Assembly: GCA_030704615.1 (NCBI GenBank) | Contig: CM060732.1 | Location: 9,362,001 to 9,426,000 of the forward strand | Direction of reading: 5' to 3' | Source of the DNA: Takakia lepidozioides | Taxonomy: Eukaryota > Plantae > Bryophyta | Length of the DNA: 64,000 nt | Part shown: piece after piece, positions 35,832 to 48,506 of the stretch | Layout of the letters: every line of letters begins with the position of its first letter | Position numbering within the stretch: the stretch's first letter is position 1 | Notes under the pieces: model-generated | Databases searched by the model: none | What the model was told of the DNA's origin: nothing | The model's input: only the letters and a program-made list of their open reading frames with translations | Translations under genes and position numbers: made by a program

Positions 35832-37030
35832 TTAATGAGAGTACCTTGTGGTGTTCGTCCCGAAGGTTGCATCGCATGCAACGATACAGGCATGGCCTAA
35901 TTGAAGCATTCGCTTCTTTTGCCACTCAGTCTGTATACCGATTGTGAATGTTAAGTCGCCATCGTAGTACTTGAATGTTGGCGCCAATTTCTCCTCTTGA
36001 TAGAAGAAGACCGATTTCGGGTTCTGGTCTTTCCACATGCGGACACTCTCCGCATCGTTGGCATGTTTTTTGAACGTTTGCCATGCCCGTTTCTCGGCCA
36101 GGTTGCGCACATCCTGCTCCAGCAAAAAATCGTCCCGTGTCCATGCATACCCCAACCCGGTGTTGTTCATGACGTGCTCTTTATGTTCCATCATGATTTG
36201 GGCGACTGACAGGCCTCGGCACAGACACTCCATGACCCATGCTTTCAATTCCTCGCTAATGTGTGGTGCATAGGCGTGGCGAGTGTTCCTAAACTCAATG
36301 GACTTCCCATGACAGGCGTTCCCTTTCGCGTCTGTATGCTTCATATTGCTGTAGTATGTGAGGACACAAATGTCGGGGCCGAGATAGCATTGATGGACCT
36401 TGAAACAACACTGACAACCACGCTTGTAAGACTCTCTATATTCCGACTTCTTTCTCCTTGGGCCTTTATGAGGGTGAGATGTTCCAGCACCCACAAGCGG
36501 TCCTCCACGTTTCAGTTTGGGATCCTCCACTATCGCATTGTTGGTGCGCTTGTCATCTGGACTGTAGCAGCATTGATACCTGGACATAAAAATCACAATG
36601 GATATCCATCGACTTCTGGAAGCATGAAATCACAGAACGTGGGTACGAAAAATGGCAACAAACATGCAATCAGATTACAAAAGAACGATGAGGATGAAAC
36701 ACACATGATACTGTTCAGAGAACTGTTGGCTCTCGGCTCTTTTAGCATGCCGGGTTGCACTTTAGTATGGACATTCACCCAAAACTGAATGGGGTAGTCC
36801 ACCAAACTCTCTTCTCCAAGGAGAAAGTCATCAACTCTATCCCACAGTATGCAGGCCTTCAGAACATTTTGTCTGGCACCCATACAACCATATTGCGTGT
36901 CTCTCTTCCATTGGAGGTCCTTCGTGTTGAAGGGTCTTGGTTTGGGTGTTTGCAAACTTCGTCGAAGAGGCCGTATAATCCAGCATCCCGTTTTTAGTAT
37001 ATCATCACCTTCTCTTTCCACGTCCATGCC
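35832..37030 (-). pseudogene. MULE transposase N-terminal half, resembling the plant SWIM-domain MULE-derived proteins (At1g60560/At4g13970-like)
   Basis: RVDDFLLGE; KRGCQCCF..HTDAKGNACHG; DAESVRMWKDQNPKSVFFYQE; FTIGIQTEWQ..GH..VACDATFGTN (first catalytic D); the rest is absent. Confidence 0.8.
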
Positions 37031-38576
37031 CTGTACAGTACAGAGGACACGCTTCAAAACCTGCAAGAAACGCGCCGCAGTACACTGGACACGATGGACA
37101 ACGTGCGCGTTCGCGGTTGCTGACAAGTGGCAGGCGGCAGGGGTAAGGTTTGAATTCATGCCCTAAAAATGGAGGGCTCAGATGGCATTTGCGAACGGAC
37201 GGTCCAGATGCGGCATCGTCAGTGGACTGGAGGAAAACGGACTCATGGGCGGCGGACTGGCGGGCAGACTGTTGGGTGGACTGGCCGGGACTGGCAGAGC
37301 GGACTAGCATGGATGGCGCAGATGAGTTTCTTAGAATGGACGATCCAGATCCTTCGGCCGGCGCGGACTGGCAGATTGGCAGACTAGGGGGCAGCAGATG
37401 GGCACAGCGGACTGTTGGGTGGACTTGCGGGGACTGGCAGTTTGGTGAACTGGACTCACGGGCAGCGGACTGGCGGGCGGACTGTCCGCGCTGGACTGGG
37501 GGCGGGCGGAGTGCGGGCGCGGCAGCAGGTGGGCGATCGCGCGCAGCCGGGGGGGGGGGGGGGGTCCCGGTGGGGGGGAGCCGGGCGTCCGTGCACGGGG
37601 CCCACCGGTCAGCTCGTGCGTGCACCATAACCTCCCAATTATTGTAAAATGAGAGGCTATAAAAAATGTTAGTCCATGATCTCATGTCAAGCTGCCTAAA
37701 TAGTGATTTTTAATGCATCACATTCATCCATCCTCATACTTCAGTTCTCCGCTGTTCCTTTCTCCAACTCATCATTTAAGTGCAAGGACTCCAACTTTTG
37801 AGTGTACCTTATGAAAAGACGGGGCCAACAAATCCAGATTACAGATGAAGTTAATAAAATTAAACACCCATCAGAACTTGATTTGAATCTATAAAATGGC
37901 ACAGGTTTGAGCTTTCCTGAACCCTCTCCACTCAAAAGTACATTTGTACTAATCAATAGTACTGAAAACATTGTGCCAACAATGTACTACCCCCATATAG
38001 GGGTGAGTAACACTAAATCAATTCTTTTCATGCCTCCATAGCTCCAGAAAGCATGCAAAAATGTTCTTACCTACTTTCCTACTCGTAGGGACCTTAAAAA
38101 ACCTGAATTGTATCCATGTCCTCCTTTCACTCAACTACCACCACATGCTGGCACGAGTACACTACCACACTACAGATGATTGCTAAGCAATACCACAGTA
38201 GCATGATCGGGTATGCCTTCGGCTTGTAAGAGAGATCTAACTGCAAAGACGGCTCCCTGAATGAACGAGCAACTACTGGTTGGCCCACACGTCACCAATC
38301 CGAAACAAAATTGCACAGGGCTCAGGCTGCCAAAACTACTGTGTCTCTCAGAAAATACCTGTACTAGGCTTTCGACACTGCCCCACTTCCTGCATTACTT
38401 CCCTCTTACTGACTCTCTCTGTCTTGCCATTAATTTGACAAGGACACACAGATCAGCCATTGCGGGGTCTATGGCCACAAGGGCGGCGAACGACGTCTCA
38501 TGAATGCATTCTATTTCTTGCCATTGCTTTGACAAGGACACAGACATCATCAGGCCAGGTCCCATACATACTCAGG

Positions 38577-41500
38577 TCACCTCTTCCGTCGCTTTGGTTG
38601 AGGCTGCAAACACAACAAAGCAATCTTATCTGGTCAAGAAAAATCATGTCATTCAGTGGGCCACAATGCCTTCTAGCTACAATACTTGTGACTATATTGA
38701 CTTACAAACGGAACAGGAATCTCTTCAAAATAGACAGCAATTCATCTGCAAGGAGGAGTAACTTTACAATAAACAAGTCGCTATTTGCCCACCAGAAAAG
38801 TACACTATACATGTATGAATACATCAATTTCTCCCGTCTAATATCCATCCTGCAACACACACACACTCATGCATTCATACACAAATGACAGTCTGCAAAT
38901 GTACACTACTACTCTTGACCTTATAGATGTGTTTCTTCAACCTGACACACAACACCCAGTTTGCAAAAAAGAAAAATAACAAGAGCAACTTTAAATAGAG
39001 CCTGCGACAGGTAGAAGAAAGACGAGTAGCTCAAAATTCCAGTCAGTGAAAGGGCAGCTGATATTACCAAGCCCATACATACCAGCTCAGATTAGCAATA
39101 TGCCTCTCACAATGGGCATCTGCAAATACAGGCTTGTGACAGACTGACCTTGTGGTCATAGTAGAGAGACGGGCAGTCAAAGTTCTGGATCAGTGAAGGG
39201 GCAGCTGATACTACCAAAGCCCCAAAGGTTCACTTCAGCTCATAGCAGCTGATCTACAAAGCCCACACAGTTCAGTTCCAGGTAGTCACCATGCCACTCA
39301 AATAGGCTTGCACTTTTACAAACTTACAATACAGCCTGTGACAGGCTGTCTTTTTTGTCTGTAATAGAGAGATGGGTAGCCCAATCAGCAGGTGGGTAGC
39401 TGATTTTACCCATCCCATACAGTTCTGTTCAATTTTCTCAGAGCTGCATTGAAAGCAATAGTGCACCACTACCACCTGTAATAGGAATCTGCAGCTTTGC
39501 AGTCGAGGTTCTTTATGTAATAGGAGTACATGTGAACAAATTTGATGTCAGATAGTTTGGACACAGTCCTAGTTCTATGCAACTATTCCTTCCAATGGAC
39601 GTCTAACACAATCCCACTATTTACCATGTCTATATCTGTAGTTGTGATCACACACAAAGCAGTCAATTCTCATTAGTCAGCCTTCCTCCTAACCCAGGCC
39701 TACGCACCTAAGTCTCAGAGGAAGCAGCAATATGGGGATAGACTTTCTAATTCTAACCCATGAACACCTTGGCAGTTACCCAGGAACCTTGGCAATCATC
39801 CAGGAACTTGACTGTGAGCTTTGGTCTTTGTTGTAGGCCATTGTGGGGGTTCGTTTTGCCACACAAAAATTTCTAGAGATACAACATAGTGGACAGAAGG
39901 AGCAAGGATGTCAGTCGACTCAAGCTGTGTAACCATCGTGCGGCCTAGTTTGGCCTACAACAATTCTGTACAAGCCAAGGATACAACACACTTGACGAAG
40001 GGAGTAACAATGTCAGTCAGTTCACGTAGAATAGAGGTGGGTGACAGAGGAGTAAAGATGGACCGCCGTGGGTATGCAACAAGCATTAGCATACCTTGGG
40101 GGGACGAATAGGGGGAGGCGAGTCTCTAGGAGAGGACTTGCGCATCTTCTTGTCCCCAGCTTCAAAAGAGCAATGAGGACATACAAAACGTTCCATCTTC
40201 TTAGCGTACTCTTGAGTAAAATTCATACAAGAAGGGTGGAACCTGCAGACGAGAGAAAGGTGAGACAATTAGCACGCCTTGGATTTTCATGGATTACCTT
40301 TGATGTAAGTGCTGATTTAAGTGCCTTAAAGGAGCGTGTATTCCCATATGTGTGGTTGTCAGGTGCACAATCTGCACATACATATTTGTCCATGTTGATT
40401 ACCTGCTCTGTGCTCAAGTGCACACAATAGTTGTGAAACCTGCATTTTCCCCACCATTCCCATTGTCAGCTCCCTCTTTCTCCTCCACTGGTGGCGCCCT
40501 TCCCATTTGTATTTACTTTCTCTGTTCGCTCCCAATTGTCAGACATGCCTTCATATCCGCAATTCCCTAGCCGCACCACTGAGGTGTTGCTTTCCAAATA
40601 ATATCCCCATGTGCTCTAATTAATCCAACTTCAAGCTTCGTTCTGTACCACTGAAGAGATAGAGCTTTTCTTGGACAAACATAACCAGTACAAGCTGCCA
40701 TGGTCATGCAGCTCCATACTCCGAACATCCCCAGATAATAGGAGAGACGACAGGCCTAAACTTAGGGCAGTGTCTCAACGCTGGGATTGTTGATGCCATC
40801 AATGTCCATGGATATATGGAATGTTGGAAATATGTACAACTCTTGCTGTGTCGTAGCTAAACACTTGAATCATTAGAAACAGCCATGTAGGAGGCAACCA
40901 ATGTTCCAATATCCTGTGCTTGTAGAGCAACCGAAAGCTGTTCTGTGCTTGGCCATATTTGGTCACCATATTCATTCGTGGCCAACTTCTGGAGTTCGTT
41001 GATTCATAATCAAACCTTGAAGACATAATACTCAATTGAACAGCTGCCCCCTCCAGATATGCTGGTGGCAGATGTTGTGTGCATGCCCCAGCTTCGTGTG
41101 CCTTTATCCTTACCGAGCAAGGTGGTTGAGAGAGGGTGGAAATTACCACCCCCATCACTTTCTTTATGGCTCATTCAGTTCTAGATGAAATGGTCGCACA
41201 AAGTGGTACTCAATATACATCCTCAAACTAGAACTCAGAAAAACTTAATAGAACGCCCTCACAGCTGCAAGACGGCAGTTCTCTCAAGTGACTGCTGCCA
41301 CAAAACATAATCCAATTTAATGAAACTCTAGAAGGTTAAAGAAAGCAAGTGGAGATGGCGCTTACCAATCCTTGCAGGCCTCGCACTGAACCATCAAATC
41401 ATCAGGATTGTAGGGCATTTCACACGTACAATACCTACATACCCAACAACATTGATCACAACAACTCTGCATGCTAATAGAGGTATCGGATGCAACAAAA

Positions 41501-42123
41501 GATAAAGGAGGGACATCAATTGCCTTGCTAGCGTCGTTGCAGGTGAGACCGATAAAGGCCTGGGTAACACCTACAGCAAAACGGTGGCAATAGACGTCCA
41601 AAGACAGGATCACATACACGGCAACCCGATCCGGAGTAAATCCGCCCGTAGCTGCCTTATACTCAAAGCGGCAGAAGTAGTCGTCAGATCCAACACTTTC
41701 TAGCTGAGTGTAGCTCTTGAAAGTGTGCACTGTACATTTTCCCTCGATTGTGTCCGCACTCTGAGTGTCGTAGTGGTCAGACAAAAACAGCTCTTTGGCA
41801 CCATGAAATTGTCGCCGTCCACCCAACGACTCCTCAGGCCGGTAGTACCAGCGTATAAGAAGCTTGACGTTGCCTCTGCCATCTGTCTCTATTTTCTCTA
41901 CCTTGGCGACATAGGGAGGCTTATGAGAATCCGGAGCGCGCATCAAGACAGAATCACCCGCTGCCCCCACCAAGATGGCTCGTCAGTTTCCCCTCGAAAC
42001 ATGCCAAGTCAAGACAACAAAACTCTCTCACGGGTACTCGACTAACTTACCTTTTACCACTTTCTGAGTGCCTGCCACGGTAAACGAATCCAGGACTTTC
42101 TTTGCAACTTTGGGCTTTCCCAT
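38577..42123 (-). CDS. EBS: EBS/SHL-family BAH-PHD chromatin reader, 219 aa; exons 42051-42123, 41618-41960, 41366-41434, 40095-40242, 38577-38603
   Basis: [110 protein letters not shown]. All junctions are GT-AG and the phases sum to 660 nt. EBS versus SHL orthology is not resolvable here. Confidence 0.95.
40298..40439 (-). CDS. Alternative (duplicated) PHD C-terminal exon 4a of the EBS/SHL gene
   Basis: ag|G TTT CAC AAC TAT TGT..AAG|gtaatc; encodes (W)[47 protein letters not shown] in the same phases as exon 40095-40242. Confidence 0.75.
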
Positions 42124-43162
42124 CGCCTCGCCAACAATACTTTACAATCCAGCCCACGCCACCGAACAACCCTGCTCCGCAACTGTAACACGGGCGCTGT
42201 CTCACTAGCATTACCAGGTGGATCAGAATACAAGCCAGCGCCCCACCCTAACAAGGCTCAACACACAGTCACAATCCGTCACTGGAAGTCCAGAGCATCC
42301 ACACAAACAACCCAATCCTCCAGAACACTCACGATCCACGTCCATAATCGGTGCAGCGCCCCCTATCACAACCCGGCATACCCAACCGCACCGCCTTCTC
42401 CCACTCAGTCCACCATGCCACGCACCTCCCCTCTCCTCTCCTCTCCTCTCCACTCTCAGCAGCTTCCTCCTCGCTTTCACTGCTCTCTACAACAATCCTG
42501 CAGCCATGGCTCGGCTTGGCGATGTGGGCTGGGGAGGCTGCGAGGGTGGTAGGTAGGTCTTGCATGTCCTCTCGCACTGCCAAACCCTTCTGCCAACATT
42601 TATATACTCCCAACCCACGCTGCCTTTCCACGCCAAACAACATTATGGGATCCAATCTACCCACCTTCTTCTTCCTCTATTCTGTTGTATTACTAATCAC
42701 TCTTGTCCAGATTCAGTAGTTGGGAAGCATCTAAAGGCATCCATCAGTCCATCCGTCTGATGAATGGAATCCCAACCTTCAGGATGAAAACTCCATCGCC
42801 GCAGTAGGGTTCACTTACCAAAGAGTAAATGTGGGCATGAGGAGGATCGATCTCATGGCATACAAAAGGGTGTGTCGTCTTGTGATATGCCATAGATAGT
42901 CCAAAACATGTATTTCAAGGGGGTTGGTATCGCGTGAGCATGCTCACGTGAGTAGGCTAACGCGCGCGTGAGCACAACCCACGGTCATGGGAGTTTTGTT
43001 TTTTTTAACCTCGGTCATAGGAGTTATATGTTTCCAAAACGGAAAAAATCATAAGCGGGTATAGAGGATCAATGCATATATACGGTACATCTGCACCAAT
43101 TCAGCGAGGTGAAAACTTTAGTAGTGTAACCAGAAACCCTAAACTTATAGCGGCAGCGACGA

Positions 43163-43446
43163 ATTTCGCATTGAGAAAGACTTGGTGATATGGGCACAAA
43201 CCTATGCAGCGGTGGGTTTCGCATTGAGAAACCCTTACTAGTATTTGAGAAATACTTGGTGACATGGGCACAAACCTATGCAGCGGTGGGTTTCGCATTG
43301 AGAAACCCTTAACTGGTATTTGAGAAAGAATTGGTGATATGGGCACAAACCTATGCAGCGGTGGGTTTCGCATTGAGAAACCCTTACTGGTATTTGAGAA
43401 CTACTTAGTGATATGGGCACAACCCTATGCAGCGGTGGGTTTCGCA
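43163..43446. repeat. About 4 copies of a 74-bp tandem repeat
   Basis: GCAGCGGTGGGTTTCGCA at 43206, 43280, 43355 and 43429. Confidence 0.9.
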
Positions 43447-43826
43447 AAATCCCCTTGATCCAATCTGGGCTCGGCTCCCCATCGCCTTCTCCCTTCACTT
43501 CTCTAATGTAAAGCAAAAACTGGGGCTTGTGTGCCTCCTCCACGGCCCACTCCCTTGCTGACAGAAGGTTTATTCGCCCTCCCACGGATTTGGGCGTTTC
43601 CGACACTCGTAAGACCTCACCACCATTCCAACATGGCAGCGTGACGTCCAGCAGGGAAAGTCCACTAAAGAAAATTAAATCTAAAATCTAGTCACAGCGG
43701 TTACAGCCAATCATAAGCCAGAAGCAGGATCAAGAAATTGGAGGGATTTTAAGCGCAAGAGTCGGCGTCGTTCCAAGTAACGGGCGTCTCGACGGGACAA
43801 ACCATCAATGCTATAGCTTTGAAGCT

Positions 43827-46800
43827 ATGGAGGAACTAACAGACTATACGCTCGCGATACTACTTACGCAGTGGCACGGGGATAGAAGAACAGAGAGTAT
43901 CTTTTCTCTTAATCGATGCTTGCAAGCCCCGCAGGCTTACATGAAAGTACCCATAGCATTTTGTGGCAACCATATGTTTATGCTTTGTGCCCTGCAGGCA
44001 TTTTTCTTCAATTGTTACAGCCAAAACCTTTCTGTGGGTCTAGAATGAAGAGAGTGAGAGGAATGGAAGAAATCAGGGTGAAGAGCACCACAATCCTGCA
44101 GAAACAAACGATTGCTACTCCATAGGCGGTACAGTTACTGAAGGAGCTACGATTAGAAGGATTGCAAAGCAAAGATTGGACATTGCACCATAGGCAGTAC
44201 ATGTTACAATTCTTGCAGAACTTTGAGCCTAGGACAGGAGCAACAACGGTGAAGGGAGTTGAATTAGAAATTACTCCCCTATACCTACAACAATTGTTTG
44301 AATTGTCATCAGGTCAGGTGCATGTGGAGGAGCACAGGGCAAGACTGCAAATAGAGGACTTATTCCAAGAAGGGAGTTTCTTTAAAACTCAGGGTTATGC
44401 TTGTACCAAGGCCGTCTACCCAGGGCTAAGGGAGGTAGGCCAGGTATTGAACGTTCTGTTTGCCATGAAACAGAACCAACAGTATTTGAGCAGATCCTTC
44501 ACAGAGGAAATACTCAAAGCCCAGAGAGGAGAAGAGGTAGCATGAGCGGACATAATGTACAACGCAGTGGTAGAGGAGATGAAAAGATTACAGGGCACTG
44601 CCGCAAAGTCTCCTATCATAGTGTTTGGCCCAATCATTGCTCAAATAATTCTTGATTCTTGCATACTTGATGCTCGGGAAAGAAAGGAGATGGGAGTATT
44701 TGAGACCGAAATCACTGCAATAGAAGAGCAAGGCTCTTCACACAGTGAGGGTGGACTGGCAGGGCAACCCCAGTCTAAGAGACAGAGGCGGGGAAAGACT
44801 GTAGTGGCGGATCCACTGGCTTCATGGAAACCGCATGATAATGTTTCCCAAGCTCTTGTGCAGGAAGGGGCACAGCAGCATAGAGAGCTGCTATTATTGG
44901 AAGCAGGACCTTCAGAGAGGGAAGAGGAAGTTACTTCAGTATCACAGCCATCACAGCCAGATGATCGGCTTGTCACAGAGTTACCACAAGTTGTCCATGC
45001 AGTTCCACCAGAAATAATTGATTTGGAGAAAGAAGGGTTAGATATCCCCACTACAGAACAGGTGGTGGCAGAAATTGAGAAGGGGGACCTTCTCTATGAA
45101 AAATTCTGGTCTGGTCAGGGAAACAGTGATTCCGGAGGTGCAGCGGTTGTCCAGGGGAAACCCTGCGGTGCATATAATACACACACCTGTGACGGAGGTA
45201 CCACGGGTAGAATGTCAAGACACTGCAGCACTTGTGACGGATGAAGTGGTTCAGGAAGAAAATCTGGTGGGGCAATGGCCTGAATGGTTCGCGAGGCATC
45301 ACACTGTTGAGGATCAGGGAGAACAGCAGCAAGCTCACCATGATGACCCTCAACAGGCCATGCTTATGAGTTCCATAAGCAGGACACTTAATTTGTTGGG
45401 CACTTATGTCAAATCCCATGTTCCAACTACCCAATTGGCAGCTTTGAGGGAGGAACTCAGGAAGGAGTTTGAGGCTCGACTTGCCACTGAGTGTGCAAAC
45501 AAGGTCGATGAGGAGGTCACTCTCAAGATACAGCAAGACTTAGAGAGTACAAAAGCTGCTTTGCAATTGGCCAAGGAACAATTGATTGAGGCAGGCCTCG
45601 CGCAAGACCAGTTGCACGAAGCACATAAGCAACAGCTATACCAAATGCAGGTGAAGCATGAAAGCAAGTTGCAAGAAGTGAATGCACTACATACGGAGTT
45701 GCAGACAGTGCATGACAGGATGGCCATACAATGTGCTACACTCACAACTACGCTTGACCAAGCTACAATAGAAATTAACAGTCAAGCGGAAAGATGTACG
45801 AAGGCAGAGGCAGAGAATGTCGAGCAAGCGAAACTCATTGTCGATATGAAGAATACAATCTGTCGCAATGAGAATACTTTCAAGCAATACAGGCAGGTTG
45901 AAGCTGACCAAGAGAGGTACATCCTGGAGTTGCAACAAACGCTCATGGTAAATAGAAATGAGCTCTCTGTGGCTAACAAGGCTTGGAAAGAAGCCAATAA
46001 TCTGGCTGCTGCATATGCGAATATGGTTGAACCTCATGCGAAGCGCATGGAGGCTTTACAGCAGCAGATAGATGTGCATAGGCTCACAGAGGAGCAGACT
46101 CTCAGGGGTGCCACAAGCAACTTGGTGGATAACCACCTTATGCAGGTCTGGTTAGCACAAGGGCCGGTGGAGGGCAAAGCACCACGAAAGCTCACCCAGA
46201 GCGAGATGAATGAGCTCAGACTGCAAGTGCAGAACATTGCCACAACTACTATAGACATTGTCTATAGTAGGATAACGGAGCTACAAGAGGATGTAGACGG
46301 CCTGCAGACTCAGGTAGAGGACCTGACATCAAATATTGACAAGAGAGTCTTTGTACCTGAGGAGCAACTGATGGCTTCTTATTTACAAGCCAGAACTTTG
46401 GCTTTTCAGTCTTCTTCGCAGGGGGTGCAGGAGATGCCAATGGTACAAGAGCCAGTGCCACCAACACCACAACAAGTCAATGTGCCAGTAGCTGACCTTG
46501 TTGTTACTACAGCCACACCACAACCACCACAGCCTGAGGTATGGGGGAATGCTGCTTTTAACCCACCTAAAACTCCTGCTGCACGGGAGTACAGTCGGGC
46601 TATGATTATGCCCTTCAACCAAATTCCCATTGTGTTGGATTTGGCTTGGAAGGAATTTAGTCCTCCGCAGTCGTTGGCACATTACTATCAAATCATGCGC
46701 ATTTGGCTGCCAGTGGCAACTATGACTAAAGTTCTTCCGAACAATCGACCAATTGAGGATCATCACTTTACGCAGTACAAGCATGAGGCAAGTACCATGT

Positions 46801-47546
46801 TGAAGGAATTAATTGCCTTCCAAGTTGTACATGGATTCATTCATACCAAGACCAAAGAGGTAGCAAGTATTGTCATGGGCTGCGGGTTATACTACGCTGC
46901 TTGTTTTCTGGTACGTTATCACATTGAGCAGCAGAAGATGCAAACGCGCTTTCTGAGTTATTCCAGTGGGGATCATTGGGTCTTACCTTCAGTGCCACCT
47001 CATATGTACCTATATGAGGCAAAAGTTATGATGCAAAAGGATTCTCAGGTTCGTTCATGGTTTCATACGGCCTGGAACAATTTGTCAACACAGAAATTCG
47101 GCCCTGACGATATTTTCTTTAAGGGACATGAGGCATGGAAATACTTGCACAATTCACAAGTCATTGGTACCCCACTCACCTGGACAGACAAGGAGCTCAG
47201 GGTCTTCACCAATTTTGCCATTCAGCGCTTACAACAAGTTTTGCAGTTTAAACTTCCAGACATGGTGGGACAACATTGTATGCCCCAGAGGATTCCACAA
47301 AAAGTTCGGCCGTTAAAACACCTGAGAGGCGATGAGGATTCTGATACAACTGTTTCTTCAGCGGACTCTTTTGACATGGCAGAGGACTATGCAATTCAAA
47401 TGGCAGAGAAGAAGCGACGGGGGTCTCCTATGCCTGAAAGATTACCTCGATATCAGCCTCCAGAGGGACTAACATATCCAGGTAGTGTTAATTTATCTCC
47501 GTCAACCAGTGACAGACCTCGGGCTCGCACACAGAGTCCTTCATGA
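43827..47546 (+). pseudogene. Extra 3' ORF of the Gypsy element: Athila-ORF/Transposase_32-like N-terminus, long coiled coil and unknown C-terminal domain (fragmented; 823-aa open segment)
   Basis: LQFLQNFEPRTGATTVKGVELEITPLYLQQLFEL motif; heptad-rich E/Q/L/A region about 45450-46330. Confidence 0.6.
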
Positions 47547-47621
47547 GACTCTCAACGTCAGAAGGGTGCTCGCTCACAAAGGTTTGCTAATCCCAAACAG
47601 TAAACCGTGAGGACACGGCTT

Positions 47622-47641
47622 TTTGAGAGGGGAAGGGGTAA
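47622..47641 (+). other. Polypurine tract
   Basis: tttgagaggggaaggggtaa immediately before TGTTAG. Confidence 0.8.
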
Positions 47642-48506
47642 TGTTAGAGGATTGTCTGGGACTTAGACGCTTTTACGGGATCTGTGGGGTACCCTTAATT
47701 TTTGCACAGACTGAGATTAACAGGAGCCTTAGGGGTGACAGCAACAGGCTTTAGGGGGGAGAGACACAGCCAATACAGTCCGTCACAGTCCAACACAGCC
47801 CGTCACAGTTTCACACAGCCAGTCACAGCTTGACACAGTTGTCACGACCATAGGGAACGGATAGCAGGACAGGGAACGACTGTGGGGAACAACATATGTG
47901 AATGGAACATGTTAGTTCATGGATGACGGTTAGTGAGGGAAATGGTTAGAACAACGGGTAGGAAGATAAAGCCAGGAGCGAGGACTGAAAAATCATCACT
48001 TCTGGGGGAAGAGGATCACTTCTGGAAGGACTTCGGGGGGGGGATCAGAACTTGGAAATGAAGCGGAGAGCGCATCTCTGAGGAGAAAGAGGGAGAGCAC
48101 GGAGTAGGAGGAAAACGATCTGTTGATACTGGCTGAATGCAAGAAGTAGAGTTGTAATGTAGAGCAGAATAGAGACACCATGGCTTCAGCCTGATACTTG
48201 ATAGATATTAATCTGATACATACTTCATACTCACACTGTGTAGAGAGACCTGAGTGAAGTTGTGGAATGAATGGATGGAATCCGATAGATTGCTGAAGCA
48301 AACTGATACTTAAATACCAACAGTAAGGTAACTAGCTAACATGAATGCGGGAAGGAAAACAAATAGGAAACACCCCCATGATACACTAGTTGTAGGTCAT
48401 GACTGATTGTTCTGAGCGGGCTGAGTGCTTAGAGATTTCCAACTCTTCTATCTTGGAGTTCCCGCCTCGGATAGCGAAGGGATGGGTGAGTAAAAGCCGC
48501 GCGACA
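47642..48506 (+). repeat. 3' LTR (865 bp, TG...CA)
   Basis: Starts TGTTAG after the PPT and ends GCGACA, where LINE coding sequence (ILLYKKGDP) begins. Confidence 0.8.

Larger units (their letters stand above)
34830..37700 (-). mobile_element. Element D: truncated MULE of a different family; right boundary uncertain
   Basis: TIR-like end at 34830, a palindrome array, the 5' half of a transposase, and a GC-rich GCGGACTGG repeat leader at 37200-37520. Confidence 0.6.
43450..48506 (+). mobile_element. 3' half of a Ty3/Gypsy LTR retrotransposon (extra 3' ORF, PPT, 3' LTR) inserted into a LINE RT gene
   Basis: 43760-44048 is homologous to the post-integrase ORF at 56513-56827 of the Gypsy element; a PPT and TG..CA LTR follow. 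Confidence 0.8.

Noticed and set aside
37005-37685. 226-aa Pro/Ala-rich ORF
   Set aside because: Arises from GC-rich GCGGACTGG repeats upstream of the element D transposase; no domain evidence.
43134-43143. Telomere repeat AAACCCTAAA
   Set aside because: Single copy only; at most a telo-box.
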